From assembly GCF_036321535.1 (NCBI RefSeq), contig NC_087437.1:50346001-50410000 (forward strand): DNA of 64,000 bases. Direction: 5' to 3'. The notes under the pieces were generated by a model that worked only from the letters and a program-made list of their open reading frames with translations, searched no databases and had not been told where the DNA came from. This document shows positions 38,991 to 53,647 of the stretch, piece after piece. Source of the stretch: Camelus dromedarius. Taxonomy: Eukaryota. The translations under genes were made by a program, and so were the position numbers. Each line of letters opens with the position of its first letter. Positions within the stretch are counted from its first letter, which is position 1.

Positions 38991-40246
38991 AAAAGAGAAT
39001 ACAGTTCTTTCCATTTGGAAACAAATCAAAGTGTGAGTTTGGAGAAAGGACTAAGGAAAGTGCAACAAGAGTTAATCCAGCATGGAACTGGCATGAACAG
39101 ATACAAGAAATGCCTTAAAATCAAGGATAATAGGATAGATGAAATAAAGGAAAACAGGTCTCTTGGAATTTAGCTTAGGAAAATAAAAACTGACCACACA
39201 TCATCTCTGAAAAGTGCCAAGGAGACATCAGCTGAGTTGATTCTTTGAATCTAAATCCAAAGTTGAGGCTCAAACCAGAGCTACATAAAATTCCATTAAA
39301 TGGAGATGATTTTTTTTCTTTTTAAGTGCTGCTCCCTGAAACAGGAAGCTGAACGAAGTAGAGGTAAGAGATTAGTAAGAAACAATGAAGCTGGAGTCCA
39401 CAAAGGGTAAAGCATCGGTGCCCTAGAAACAGGAGGGATAATAGGGGACATCTGGAAGGGAATGCTGAATAGTTCTTTGCCATGTTAAATGATTAACATG
39501 AAGCTCTGCTTAGAATTTGCTTCAACTTAGAATTTACTTCTCACTATAGTAGAAAGTAATTTTACACTTGAGTTGACTCTCTGCTACAGAGCTGTTTTGG
39601 TAGTGGAAGCTGGAACTGAAAAGTCAGGGTATGAAGATTCATTGTAACAACAGGCCACTCACTCTAAATTTCAGGAAACCAAAAGTTTAAAAAGCTCTGG
39701 CGGTCACTAATAGTTTTTTGCTTACTACACTAACTTCACCACATAATTCACACATAGTAGTTGCTCAGTGAATATTTGTTGGATAAATGAGTGCATAAAA
39801 AAGTAAATGAATGAGTCAGTGATTCTGGTTACAGGAGTCTTTGTTTAGTAAACTGATGAAATGTATGAGCATTCATTTTTGGCTAAATAATGTATATGCA
39901 TCTTTGTGTAGCAAGTATAAATTCTCATCATGACCAAGCTGATAATATATGTCATAATGTATAACATTTGCATTGCTATCTTGAAAACATTTTCTTTTCA
40001 TTCATTAACTTATTCATAGCTGGAGTAGAGAAGGCAAGAATATTACATTTTTTAAAGCTTAATGACTGATAAGTATTTACTTTTATAATTTCTAACATGA
40101 ATATTGGCCACTCACTTATCTATGCAAAAGACTGAATTTGTTTCATGTATAAGAATAGTACCAAAACTATCTAAAATTTTCCACCCATTGATATCATAAG
40201 TAATGTATCTTTTTTTTTTTTTTTGACATGTTGACATCTTTGATAG

Positions 40247-40294
40247 ATTCATGGGACGAATGATAATAACTCAACAAATGGAAGAAATTGTAAG
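40247..40294 (+). CDS. ATP11B: ATP11B exon 8 (48 bp) FMGRMIITQQMEEIVR
   Basis: gatag|ATTC...TAAG|gtaaga; phase 2/2 fits neighbours. Confidence 0.93.
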
Positions 40295-42402
40295 GTAAGA
40301 ATAAATTTGCATTATCTAGTTACTTTTAAGTGAGAATTGTTTACTGGAGGGCTAAAATCAAGTTAAAGGGAGATTAGATAAGTAAGCAGTGTATTATGAG
40401 AAAGGGTTAATTTTAAAACGTTTAGCATTTCATCTTATAGTAAATTCTTGCAGCAGCAAATGAGATGAGGATGAAACAAATCCCATGAAATAATACCAAA
40501 ATAATTTAGTAAGATTATTTGTATTCTTACATATTTGTTTCCTAATAATATAACTTAGTAACATAAAGGAAACATAGCAGTTCCTGTTTAAATCCTTACA
40601 CATTTAAACCCAGCACCACTTAAAGTCTTAGAGTACAAAAAATGTTTTATGTAACATGTAACAAGTAAAAATGTTATGGTCTCCATGTCAGAATCATTCA
40701 GCACAAACTAGGGTATTTATCGGCCAATCCAGAACTTCTTATTTACTCTTCTGATTGGTTATTTGTTTGTTTAGTTGTTTTGGTTTGTGTTCCCTCAGTA
40801 TTGAGGTTAATTTCTGGCACCTGTATGAAAAGCTTTGGTTCATTTCAGCACTTGCTGATAGGATGCGATTACATTGTTACTCATGACCACGAAGCTGAAT
40901 TTAGAATAAACTTACGTAGGAATCAGCCCTTGAACTTCTAATCAAACTAGCACTCCACCTCTTTTCTGGAGACATGTTCAATTTATACTGGCTGCATGAA
41001 ATAAGTCACTAATATAGAGAACTGAGAACATTTTAAATGAAATCCTTAAAACAAGCCACCAAAAATATGCATCAGCACAGATTCACATTTTTAATAAACA
41101 TTAACACTGGAGCACATTCAATAAACTCTGTGTAACAAAGTCTTTTAAGTGTAGGGCCCCTGCTGAATAACAATGACTGAAAAACAGTAACAATGGGTTT
41201 ACATTTTGATTTCTGTAGTGTCATAGTGGGATGCATGTGTGGATACGTAGTCTGAATTTAAAGGAGAAAATCAATTATGTTACCTTAGCCACTAGAATGG
41301 TTTGGGGGGAAAAAAAGAGCCATATTATTTATTGAAGCAACCTGAGTGAGCTGATGAATTATCTTTTAAATTTGAAGCTTTTTATCATTATATTCCAATT
41401 TCATATCCCAGTGTGAGCTCAGAGTTTTTCTATTCATTGTTGAAACCAATACCAAATGAAAAAAAAAGCTCTAATATGGCTCCTGGATAATTGATTTTGG
41501 AATATCCATTGAGTGTGCTCCAAATATGACGATCTGATAAAACCATACTTGTTTACCATGTCCCAAACACCTGGCCCCTGCTCAGTTCATTGGATTTTTT
41601 AGTGTTTGGGTTTGCAGACATCTTCAGAATTGGTTCACATTCTTTTTGATTTGGATAACTGTATGTATGATTCAGAAAAGCCTTATGATAAGGAATATCA
41701 ACAAAATTAAGGCTTTTTTTACATGTCCATAATAGAGTCTTATCATTTGCTATCACTAAGAAAATACAATTTTCCTTTCTAGTTATTCCTTCTCGTTTTA
41801 TATCTCCTTTATGGAGAGAAATTCAAACAGCAAGAAGACGCGTGCTCCAAGAAGTATGCAAGTAGTCAAGTTGTAGTGTTGATCTTGCCTGGAAAAACTA
41901 CTAACTCACTTACTATTTTTTCTGTTTTATATCTAGTGTAATTTTAATTGTGCAGAACTTATGCATTTATACACAAAGCATACTACAATTTATGTTTACA
42001 TTACATTTTAATTTTGTATTTTCCCTTTGAAAACTTAACTTTGCTCAGAATTTTAAAATTTCATCTTCTGTAAAACATTTTAAAATCATTGCTTTATTTT
42101 TGGTTTTGTTGTGTTCCATGTTTAAACTTCTGAAATAGATGGCTTTGTGAGTTTATTTATAGGCGTAATTTTATTTCTGAGCCATTGATCTTAAAATGAC
42201 TGAAATGCTAAAGCAGGTATTTGTTATTACAGTAACTAACATCATGATTGGCCTAGACAGCTTTATAGCAGCTGAGATTTTGGTTTTATATATAAAAGCA
42301 TCGTTGTAAGTATAGCTCAAGTACTTTCTGCTAAAGATGCCATTGTAGAATTTAATTCAATTTTTAATATATTCAGTGCTTTTGGTTATTTTTTTCCCCT
42401 AG

Positions 42403-42467
42403 GCCTCTGGGGCCAGAGAGTCTCTTGCTTCGTGGAGCCAGATTAAAAAACACAAAAGAAATTTTTG
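42403..42467 (+). CDS. ATP11B: ATP11B exon 9 (65 bp) PLGPESLLLRGARLKNTKEIFG
   Basis: cctag|GCCT...TTTG|gttggt; LLLRG motif. Confidence 0.93.
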
Positions 42468-43199
42468 GTTGGTATATATCAAACATTTTTAATTATAGAT
42501 TCATGTTGATACTTTATATGAAGTATTTTTACAGGCACAGCATTTGTGGTCTTTTGGTTAGGGAATGTTATTATTAGTCAAATGTTTCTGTGATCATTTT
42601 CTTTCACAGGTTGGTTAATATAATTTTGTGGGGTTTTTTGTTGTTGTTAATTCCTATTTTTAAGTAACAGACTGGAACCTCGCTCTTATATTTTCATTGT
42701 GGCTACCTGGTGAAATTGAGTGCTAGGAAGATAATTCTGGGACTTCCACTAATGGTAGATGAGAACTATAAAATCTGGCACCATGATCCAGTAAATTACT
42801 CGTCTAATTTTATCATGATTGTTCTTAGATTTGATTAATGAAACTGCTGACTCATTTTTTCATCCATTTATTGATTCAACAAATTCTTACTGATCTGTAG
42901 CTATATACCATATACTGTTGGAATACTCAATAGTACTCTTGCGTTAGAGATCTAAATTAATTCACTAGGCTCTGACTCAACTCAAGGCAAATTGTAAAGT
43001 CAGTGATAATCTTTAGCTGTCATCTAGCTACTCCCCTTTCAGGAATGGCCCCTCATATACTGCCCAGCTTATGTTATTCACTGAACAGTTATAGCTTTTG
43101 AGGTCCTCTTTCTCATTCTCTTATTTCCTGTTAACTGTAGTGTATCTTATCTCTCAGTATTAGGCTCTCTGATAAAGAAATCCATATACTTTTAAAAAC

Positions 43200-43880
43200 A
43201 GAAATAAGGAGTACAGCAAAAATGTGAAGAAATTGGAACCCTTATATATTGCTGGTGGGAGTATGCAGCTGCTATGGAAGACAGTCTGGCAGTTCCTCAA
43301 TAAGTTAAACATAGAATTATCATATCACCCAGCAATTCTACTTCTAGATATATAACCTAAAGAATTGAAAACATATGTTCAAACAAAGGCTTGTATTAGA
43401 ATGTTCATAGCAGCACTGTTCACAATAGTCAAAGGAGAGAAAGTGCTCAAGTTCTATCAACTAATGAACGGATAAACATATGTGATATCCATATAATGGA
43501 ATATTATTTACCCATAGAAAATGAAGTACTAATGCATGCTGCAACATGGGTAAAACTTGAAAAACATACTAAGCGAAAGACATCAGACACAAAAGGACCA
43601 CATATTTTTTGATTCCACTTATTTGAAATATCCCAAATAGGCAAACTCATTGAGACATAAAGTAGCTTAGTGGTCCCCAGGGGCTGGGGAGTGGAGGGGA
43701 TTGGGGGAAAAATTACTTAATGGGTACAGACTTTTCATTAAGGGTAATGAAAATATTCTCAAGTTAGTGAGAATGATTGCACAACACTGTGAATGTACTA
43801 AGTGCCACCGAATTGTACACTTTAAAATGATTAAAATGGTAAGCTGTATATTATGTGTATTTTACCACAATTTAAAAAAG
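43200..43880 (+). mobile_element. L1 (L1MB-type) 3' end, sense to the gene
   Basis: gaattatcatatcacccagcaattcta, aatgttcatagcagcactgttcacaatag, ends tttaccacaatttaaaaaag. Confidence 0.82.
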
Positions 43881-44274
43881 GAAAACTGTAATTTTTGATG
43901 GCAGAAGTCAGAGACAGCCTCTATAGCTTTTAGACCCTCTCATGTAGTGCTGTGTATTTTAACACATCTCTTTAGCAGTAATACCTTTCATTCTCTTGAA
44001 AGAACATACGTATTCGAATACCTTTAGATGGGTTCCTTGTTGTTTTCCTCAGCACCACTTTTCTCTTGTATCATTCTGACTGATTTCTCACATTTCTATA
44101 ATTTTGGTGTCCTTTGTCATTTGAGTTGTAATCCCTGCCTTTAAAGAATAATTCTGATAGTGAAAATTCCAGGACAGATCTTAAGGAAGAGAGCATGATG
44201 AGTCCTATATTGCTTCTCAAATTTTAGTATTTAGGGGTAGGCATTAACTTTTATTGATCATCTTTCTGTTTCTA

Positions 44275-44440
44275 GGTGTATTGCTAATTTGTTACATAAC
44301 TCTCAACAACAGTTGTATGAGGTATTTTTTTTCCCCATTTAAAAATAGGGAAATTGAAACTCAGAGAGATTAAATAACTTGCTCAAGGTCACAGAACTAG
44401 TAAGTGGCAGAGCTAGCATTCAAACCAAGCTCTAACTCAA
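44275..44440. mobile_element. MIR SINE
   Basis: Core gaaactcagagagattaaataacttgctcaaggtcacagaactagtaagtggcagagc. Confidence 0.8.
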
Positions 44441-45044
44441 ACCCAAGTTTGTTTTTTTTTTTGATAAGACAGATCTTACCTAATTTTATTCACTGCCCAG
44501 TTTTAGTTCCATTATTACTGTCATTCTCTCTCATCTCAGAGTCATTCACATAGACAAATTTTTTAAATAGCACTTTTCTTGTGTTTACTTCATTTACTTT
44601 GACCGATTTCCATATTATCTTTCCAGTGCTTATAAGATTATTTCTAGATTACCAATACGGCATTCAATGCCTTTCAAGCTCTGACCCCAATCCATTGTTA
44701 GAACCTAACAGAAAACTCTTTTCCATTTTGGTCTTTGCACTATCTATAATGGCCTTCCCTGCCATCTTTATCTTTTCACATTCTTTTCCTCCATCAATTT
44801 CAACTCAAATAATATCTCTTTCATTCAGATATCTCAGTTACAACTCAGGAACAGAACCTACATGCCTTTCTCGTCCAGCAGACTCAGTGACTGAAGGTCC
44901 CCAAAATTGATCTTGGAAAGCCTTTTTTAAACTCCAGAAAAACTTAGAGCCAAATTCTGACAGCTGTCAGACAATATATTTTCTTAGATGTTTTCATGCT
45001 ACTGAGTACATTTCTTTTGTGAACATAGTAGAGGATTATTTTAA

Positions 45045-45152
<108 letters not shown>

Positions 45153-45299
45153 TAAGAAAACTATTTTCATTTATTCACACATAAATACTATTATGGATAT
45201 GTATATTATATATGTGTAAAATATGGGCATAAAAATATTTCAAGTCAACAAAAGTTGTTATTCTTGAGGTTAGGGATGGTGTCTCTTTTACTTACTAAT

Positions 45300-46142
45300 T
45301 TTTTAAGTTATTGAAATAAAGCTGATGTACAACATTGTGTTAGTTTCAGGTGTACTACATAATGATTTGACATCTGCATACATTATGACGTGATCATCAC
45401 AATAAGTCTAGTGATCCATACAAAGTTTTTGCAATATTATTGACCATATTCCTTATGCTGTATATTACATACTTGTGGATTATTTATTTTATAACCAGAG
45501 GTTTGTACCTCTTAATCCCCTTCACAATTTTATCCATCCCCAAACCCCAGCAAGCAACTGCCCATTTTTTCTTTGTATCTATGAGTCTCTTTTTATTTTG
45601 TTGTTTTGTTTTTTTGATTCCACATGTAAGGGAGATCATACAGTATTTGTCTTTCTCTGAGTTTCTTCACTTAGCATAATACCCTTTAGATCCCTCCATG
45701 TTGTCACAGGTGGCAAGATTTCATTTTTTTAAAGGGTGAGTAATAGTCCATTGTGTATATATGTGTGTGTGTATGTATATATATCACATCTTCTTTATCC
45801 AGTCATCTGTTGATGGATACTAAGGTTGTTTCCATACCTTGGCAATTGTAAATAACTCTGCAGTCAACATTGGGTACATATATCTTTTTTAACTAGTGTT
45901 TTTGTTTTCTTTGAGTAAATACCCAGAAGTGAAATTGTGGGATCATATGGCAGTTCTAGTTTAACTTTTTTGAGGAACCTCCATACTATTTTCCATGGTG
46001 GCTGTACTAATTTACATTGTCACTGATTGTGTGCTAGGATTTCCTTTTCTCCACATCCTTACCAACACTTGTCATTTGTTCTGTTTTTGAAGATAGCTAT
46101 TCTGGCAGGTGTGAGGTAGTATCTTATTGTGGTTTTGATTTC
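45300..46142 (-). mobile_element. L1 3' end
   Basis: Similar to 29045-29865; tttcttcacttagcataatacc. Confidence 0.82.
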
Positions 46143-46548
46143 AAATGCTTATAGTAAATGACAGTTTTGGCCAGATATTTTTGTCGTAAGTAATTATTCT
46201 AAGATTTTCTACATTTTTAGGAACTAATTTTAATTGCAAACATAACTAACATTTGTACAGCATTAAGACTTTATAAAACTTCTCTCATATCAACCAACTT
46301 GTCTAAGCATTTGAACAGTAGCTTACCTATAGTAAATGTGCTTGTAATCTTACATACCTGTTCTTTTATTTCTAGTAAATAGATTCTATTAAATGATCAT
46401 TTCTTAAAAACAAAGACTGTGTCCTTTAAATAGCTGCTACAATACCTTATATATTTAGTTTCTTATTTAACACCAGTATTAATTTCCAAGTAGATGAGCA
46501 TAGTAATACATAATTGATACATTTTATAGTCTCTTTTTCTCATTTCAG

Positions 46549-46699
46549 GTCAATGAATACATTTTTGATAGTTTATTTAATAATCCTTATTTCTGAAGCC
46601 ATCATCAGTACTATCTTGAAATATACATGGCAAGCTGAAGAAAAGTGGGATGAACCTTGGTATAACCAAAAAACAGAACATCAAAGAAATAGTAGTAAG
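46549..46699 (+). CDS. ATP11B: ATP11B exon 11 (151 bp), TM3: SMNTFLIVYLIILISEAIISTILKYTWQ...RNSSK
   Basis: ttcag|GTCA...AAG|gtattt. Confidence 0.95.
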
Positions 46700-47819
46700 G
46701 TATTTTATGGTGTTCTTGACTCTGTTGTATAGGAAACTTTATTCTTTGGCACCGTTAATGCTTTGGTGGTGACTTCTGATATGTGTGACCACTGTCATCC
46801 TGTAAAACCATTACTTTTGAAGGGTGCAAAAGGACATTGCAAGTGAAGAGTAACCAACATGTTTGTGCTGGTTTGCTTTTTGCATTGTAGGCCATAAGCA
46901 ATTATCTTTTTGGCATGACTTGAGTAGTTAAAAGAGATAACAAAATTTAAATCGTCTATATTAGCATTCCACATCAGTACTACAAGTTGAATTTTTTACT
47001 CCATTTATGTATGTTATTGAGTTAAAGAGTAAGTTGATTTATTTTCAGTTTTATCAGAATAAATCTAGGAGTCTTACTATCAGTGTATTCATGTATGAAG
47101 TAACAAATCAAATTATGTCATAAAAGTTTAAACTGGTTGAGTGTGGACTACCAGGAGAAGTTAACCTGCAATTTTAGTAAATAATTGTTCTCCAAATTTC
47201 ACTTTAGATCAGAATACAAATATTGGAAGACAAGTTTGGATCTCAGGAGACCACAGAGCAGATAATGACAGGAACGTTTTTTCAGTATCAATCACAATTA
47301 AATATTTTACCTTTCCCAGAACACATGTGGAGTTGCTCTGCCATTGAAGTAGGCTATTCCTGTATGGTCAATAATTAAGAATTTCAGTTTCTAATAGTTC
47401 TAGCCTAGCTATTATTTTAAATTTTTTAAATTACAGTCAATTTTTAATTATCTGATTTTGAAGACTAGAAGTAGAATAGTAAATATACCCCAGAGGTTTT
47501 TATTATAGTTTTGCCACAGGTAGTTTTTAGTCGCAAAACGTTTTTGGTAGCTTCTATAAAAAGTAACAAATAAAGTAATTTGAATTTAACCTTTTCTTCT
47601 TTTACTGTGTTCAGGATTCTAATGAGCAATAAAATAGCCAAAGGAAATGTGTTAAAAAGACAATTCAATAAATGAATTTCAATTCATGAGACTATTCTGC
47701 TTCAGAATGTAGTTGATGGTCTGTTTTGATATGAAACTGTCTTACAGTTTTCTTAAATATCTGATAATTAAGAAATTCTCATGTATTTTCTCTTACCAAA
47801 CAATCATTTTCCCTCCTAG

Positions 47820-48017
47820 ATTCTGAAATTTATTTCAGACTTCCTTGCTTTTTTGGTACTCTACAATTTCATCATTCCAATTTCGTTATATGTGACAGTC
47901 GAAATGCAGAAGTTTCTTGGGTCATTTTTTATTGGCTGGGATCTTGATCTCTATCATGAAGAATCAGATCAGAAAGCTCAAGTCAATACTTCTGATCTAA
48001 ATGAAGAACTTGGACAG
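47820..48017 (+). CDS. ATP11B: ATP11B exon 12 (198 bp), TM4 with PISL motif to LNEELGQ
   Basis: cctag|ATT...CAG|gtaatg; [11 protein letters not shown]. Confidence 0.96.
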
Positions 48018-48049
48018 GTAATGATGATCGTTTTGTTTTTCTAATTTGT

Positions 48050-50880
48050 TATTTTTATCAAAATTATACGTGTACAAAGATAAATGAAACAAAAATATTA
48101 TGAGGCTTATACCAAAAAAATCACTACTTTGCTCCATACCTAATTTCTTATTTCACAGTTTTAAATATTAAGCCATTTCTTTCACTATTTAGCACTGTGT
48201 TTGTATATAGTATTCTTTGTTGTTTTTCAATTTGAGACATTATTTACCATGGAATATAAAGATATGGCTCTTATACTACTCCTTTCACAACCTATGCAAA
48301 CAGACACATACCCACTTTACTGCCCCATGGTCCCAATATTGTTAAATCACAATTTGAGATTTAATAAATATTCACTTATTGACATTATTATGACTTTTAG
48401 AGTCGTTCACTAACTCCTAGTTATTTATGTGTGCCCTATAATACTATAATTACATTTTCTTTCTTAGATGTTTTTGCTAGAGTTAATTGCTCTGTATTTT
48501 CATTTTTTAATTTCCATATACCAAAAACAAATCTCTGACAAATACATGAAACATCTCTACGTATTCAAACACATCAGGTAATCTAGGACTTCTTTAATCT
48601 TTATTGCTCTCTCCCTCACTCTCTTTTGAAGCCTTTTATCTTCCTGCTTCAATTCAGACTTCTTTCTGGGCCAGCTTCTCAGCCGTCACCCTAGACTTCC
48701 TTTATCATCACCTTGGCAGTTCCTTTGTCTACCGCCTGTTTTGGATTTCTTGTCTTCTAGATTCTATGTCTTCCCACCTGTGACTTACTCTCTTATTTCT
48801 TCTAATAACTTCTGAAAGGGGGTGCGTAAGAAAAATATTTTGAGCTTTGAAAGTCTGAAAATATCTTGATTCCCTTTTTACACTTGATTAATAATTCAGC
48901 TGGGTAACACGTTCCAGGCTGGAAATTATTTTTCCTCAAAAATTCAAAAACATTTCTCCATTTTTGTTTTTTTCCCCCTAGCTTCTAGTGTTTCTGTTAA
49001 GAAGTCTAGTGCCATTCTGATTCCCGGTTCTCTATGTAGTTTGTTGTTTTATCTCTGAAAGTATTTAGGGTTTAAGAATCTTTTCTTTCTGCAATAGTTC
49101 TGAAATTTTATGATAGTATGCCTTGGTGTGAGTTTTTTGTTTTTGTTTTCTTTCTTTTTTTTTTCTTTCATTGGGCAGTGAACACTGAACACTTTTAGTC
49201 TGGAAACACATATTCTTCAATTCTAGGAATTTTTCTTAATTTGATAAACATGTCTTTTTATGTTTTGTGGGGTTTTTTTTTTTGTAGAAATTTATTAGTT
49301 TGGATGTCAGATCATTTATCTTGATTCTCTAATTCTTTTTGACTTTCAATTTTCATTTCCTTGTTTTTATAATCTGCTTTTTGGGAGAATTTGTGAACTT
49401 TGTATTTCCCCCTTTCTTTTGATTTCTTTTATATCTATTGTAATATTTTAAATTTCTAATAATTCTAGTATATCTGAATAGCCTTCTCTTAATTACATCT
49501 TATTCTTGTTTCCTGAATATACTTTATTCTTTTACCTCTCTGAGGATATTAATGACAGTTTTTTTTAAAGTCTTCTGCTCCCTGCATTTTCTGTTTGTAC
49601 AGAGTTCCTTTTTCAATACGTCAGTTCTGCTGTAATGTGACACGCATCCCTAAAAATCAGTGTTCTATACAAAATTGCTTAGTAAAAACCACAGGGCTTA
49701 TTATGGGAAAATGAGATAGGTGTACAATAAAACTTTGTCAGTAACACATTTAAAATGAAAAGATAGGAGCCTGATAAAAACAGGGCTTGCTGAATTATTA
49801 AGAAATAGATAAATACTGCAATAAATATGGCAGTTTATTTTGGAAAAACTCTGACGTTTACTTGTGGAAATGGCCATCTGAAATATTCCAACTTATATAT
49901 TACTGTGAAGTATTGAAAGGAAGGTTATCAGAAAACAGAAGGAAAGTTGTATCATATGTGGATGGGTGCGGCTTATATATGGTGACCTGTGGTAGCTGCT
50001 AGCTGTTTGTACATTTCATGTATTCTAGGTGCAGTTTTCTCCATTCACCTACCATTTCTCATAGATGAAATTGTACATAACCAAACTGTGCTCATATTAA
50101 GCTCAAATTGTGTCCTTATGTATCAATCTTATTGTAATAAATTCTTGTCCTTTTAAGACAGTGTTTTAGCAGAATTTCCTATAATTTGTTTTAGACTCTA
50201 CCTTTTTATGTAAGTGGATATCCTCAAATGAATACTAATGTTTGGTTTTCTTTACAAGTCTAAAAGTTTCCTCTAGAAAAGCCTGGCAGCCCAGCTGTTT
50301 TTTGGGGTGTTCCCAATATCGATAATTGATCTTTCTTCAGTTTCCCCAGAGAGAATAACTGCGGTTGGTATTTCTTCTGCTTGTGATTGTTGGAGCTGTC
50401 CAGTAGAAACCTGTTTTTAGTGCACTGCTCACCCATTTTCAGCTTTCCACAGGGTCCAGATTCTCTCTGGTTCAGCCTCCTTAGAGAATAAACCCTGTCA
50501 GCTATTGCTCTGATAGAAGGGGGTCAGTATCAAATTTGCAAAGTTATAAAGGGATTTCAGGATTCAAACTGCTCTTGATACCTCCATTTTCTGTCTCATC
50601 CTTTACTCCCACATTCAGTGATAGTTAGTACATCTACTTTCTGAGAGTTTCTGGGAATAGGGTTTCCCCCATTGCTTAGGTTTCATGTTCTAAGTTCTGC
50701 TAAGTCACTTACCATTGATTCATCTCTTTTCCAAACTTGGAAAATTCCCCTTTTCATGTTGTCTCTTCTGTCATTGTTTCTGTTCTTTTTTTTATTCTTT
50801 TACTCTTATTTTGGTGAAGTTTGAAGAGGAACAGAGATAATTAATTGCATTTGTTCAGCCTGCCATTTTTAACCAGAAGT
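48050..50880 (-). mobile_element. Highly degraded old L1 (L1M) interrupted by a Tigger element
   Basis: T-rich; gttaagaagtctagtgccattctgatt and tgccttggtgtg resemble the reverse complement of old L1 ORF1; boundaries approximate. Confidence 0.5.
49619..50181. mobile_element. Tigger6-like TcMar DNA transposon
   Basis: TIR-like gtcagttctgctgtaa ... ttttagcagaatttcct; TA flanks; subfamily from recall. Confidence 0.6.
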
Positions 50881-51435
50881 TGATCCATTTATTTTTAATA
50901 GCATTTAGGAGGCTTTAATAACTTAACACTAAATATTAATTCATGTCACATTTTTTGAATTATGTATTACATATTTAAGACCTAAAAACAGCCTGTTTTT
51001 ACTGCTTCTCAGGAACACATTTTTTCCCTATTTTTTTCTTTGACTTTTTCTATCCCTATTTCCTCCTCCTCATTCCTTTATGATGATAGATTATCGTTTT
51101 TCTGGAACCACACACTGTATGCTCAGATATTCATATCTGCATTCTCTTTAAGAAACTATAAATGATAATGGTCTTCAGTTTCTAATTCATCAGTTTCTTT
51201 ACTTTTAAGCCTACAGGTGTGTTTTTGTTTGTGCTACTGTAACTTTTCTGTTTTTATGTTAATGAAATCTACTTTATTTCACACTCTTCTATGTCCTTTC
51301 ATTTCCTTACTATCCAAGAAACTCTCTTATAAAGGTATCCAGTGACCTCTTTCACCAAAGTTAAAAGATTTAACTTCTTGATTTTATGTATTTTCAAATA
51401 AAAGTTAATTTATATACTCATCACTACCATTTAAT

Positions 51436-52860
51436 CTTTCTTATTATTGAAGTATGGTTATGTGCAATATTATATAACTTACATATGTACAATATAGTGA
51501 TTCAGTTTTCAAAGGTTATACTCCATTTATAGTTATTATAAAATATTGGCTATATTCTCCGTGTTGTACAATATATCCTTATAGCTTATTTTATACCTAA
51601 TAATTTGCACTTATTAATCCCCTACTTCTATATGACCCCTCATTCACAACCACCAGTTTGTTCTCTGTATCTGAGTCTACTTCTTTTTTGTTATATTTAC
51701 TAGTTTGTTGTGTTTTTTAGATCCCGCATATAAGTGATACTATACAGTATTTGTTTTCCTCAGTCTGATTTATTTTGCTTAACATAATGCCCTCCAAGTT
51801 CATTGATGTTGCTGCAGATGGCAAAATTTCATTCTCTTAATGGCTTAGTGGTATTCCACTGTGTGTATACACCATATCTTCTTTATCCATGCATCTGTTG
51901 ATGGACACTTAGGTTGCTGTCATATCGTAGTAATTGTAAATAATGCTACTATGAACATTAGCATGTGTCCTTGCAAATCAGTTTTTTTAGGGTTTTTTGT
52001 TTGTTTGTTTGTTTTTTGTATATATACCCAGGAGTGGAATTGCTGGGTCATATGGTAGTTCTATTTTTAGTTTTTTGAGAAAACTCCACTGTTTTCCATA
52101 GTGGCTGCACCAGTTCACATCCCCATGAGCAGTGTACGAGGGCTGTCTTTTCTCCACATCTTTGCCAGTGTTTGTTATTTGTATTCTTTTTGATGATAGC
52201 TGCTGACCGTGTGAGGGTTTTTTTCCCAACATTAACTTTACCTCCCTTTTTGTATATTGATCTTTTGTTTTTGCAATCTTGCTGAACTCATTTATTAGTT
52301 CTATTAGTTTTTTGATGTATTCATTCAAATTTGCTATAAAAAAGGAAATAGATTAGTTTTTATCTTTTTCCCAATGTGAATACCTTTTATTTCTTTTTTC
52401 TTGCCTAACTACCTTGGCTAGAATATTCAGTAGAATGTTAAATAAAAGTGACAAGAGCGGACATTTTTGTCTTATTCTTGAACTTAAGGGGAAAGCATTC
52501 AGTTTTTCTGCATTAAGGTATGATCCTTGCTATAGGTTTTTTATAGATACATTTTATCAGATTGAGTACCCTCCTGTCCCTAATTTGTTGAGTGCTTTTA
52601 CATGAAAGGGTATTGAATTTTGCCATATGCTTTTTCTGCATCTATGGAGATGATCATTTTATTAATAGAATAAAGGACAAGTATTGTTCTGTTATAATGG
52701 TGGGTTTCATTGATTTGATTTTTGTATTTAACTAATCTTGTATTCCAGGGTTAAATCCCACATGTCATGATGTGTAATCCTTTTTATATCTTTTTGGATT
52801 TGTTCTGTTTGTATTTTCATAAAAGATACTGACTGTGGGGTTTTTTTTTCCCCTTATGAT
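51436..52860 (-). mobile_element. L1 3' end joined (~52215) to an internal ORF2 fragment
   Basis: ORF 51987-52328 fuses LIELINEFSK to [17 protein letters not shown]. Confidence 0.8.
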
Positions 52861-53404
52861 ATCTGCTTCCCTTTGTAAATGACTTCTTTCTCAGATCATT
52901 ATTGCAATAATCAAATCCTTACTATAATCCTAGTTACATGAAGATTTGACTATTTTATCTTTCTCTTTGAGGACCTATCTTATTTTAGGGTTATTTTCCT
53001 AAAATTAGCCTCGAAGAATAATTAAAATTAATTATTTCATATTTTAGCTTATTAAGCATCCCTTCTACCCTTGTTCAAAGTTCATTCTTAGTCCTACTAT
53101 TTAAAAATGCCTTATCCAGAGGGTAGAAAAGAAGTACTAATGCCACAATATCAGTCAACTCTGTAGATGAACGTGAACTTAAAGATTCCACAAACTTCAA
53201 AGTGTATATAGATTTAGAATATTTTGTCACCCTGTTTGTTTCCATGGCATCTATAATTATTTGATTGTGCTTGTTTTATAAGACTCAGCATCACTGTATC
53301 AATGTTAATAGGTAAAGGACTTCAGGAGACAGAGGACGAAGTTTTTTTGTTTAACATAAGACCCTGAATACAAAGGTTTGTTTTCTTTTGTTTTGTATCT
53401 CTAG

Positions 53405-53647
53405 GTGGAGTACGTGTTTACAGATAAAACTGGTACATTGACAGAAAATGAGATGCAGTTTCGAGAATGTTCAATTAATGGTGTAAAATACCAAGAAATC
53501 AATGGTAGACTTGTATCTGAAGGACCAACACCAGACTCTTCAGAAGGAAACTTACCTTATCTTAGTAGTTTTTCTCGTCTTAACAACTTATCCCATCTTG
53601 CAACTAGCTCCTCTTTTAGAACCAGTCCTGAAAATGAAACTGAACTA
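53405..53647 (+). CDS. ATP11B: ATP11B exon 13 (243 bp), catalytic DKTGT phosphorylation site
   Basis: ctag|GTG...CTA|gtaagt; [17 protein letters not shown]. Confidence 0.97.

Noticed and set aside
40720..40762. Paired CCAAT boxes as an internal promoter in intron 8
   Set aside because: Only two 5-mers, with no CpG island or other support
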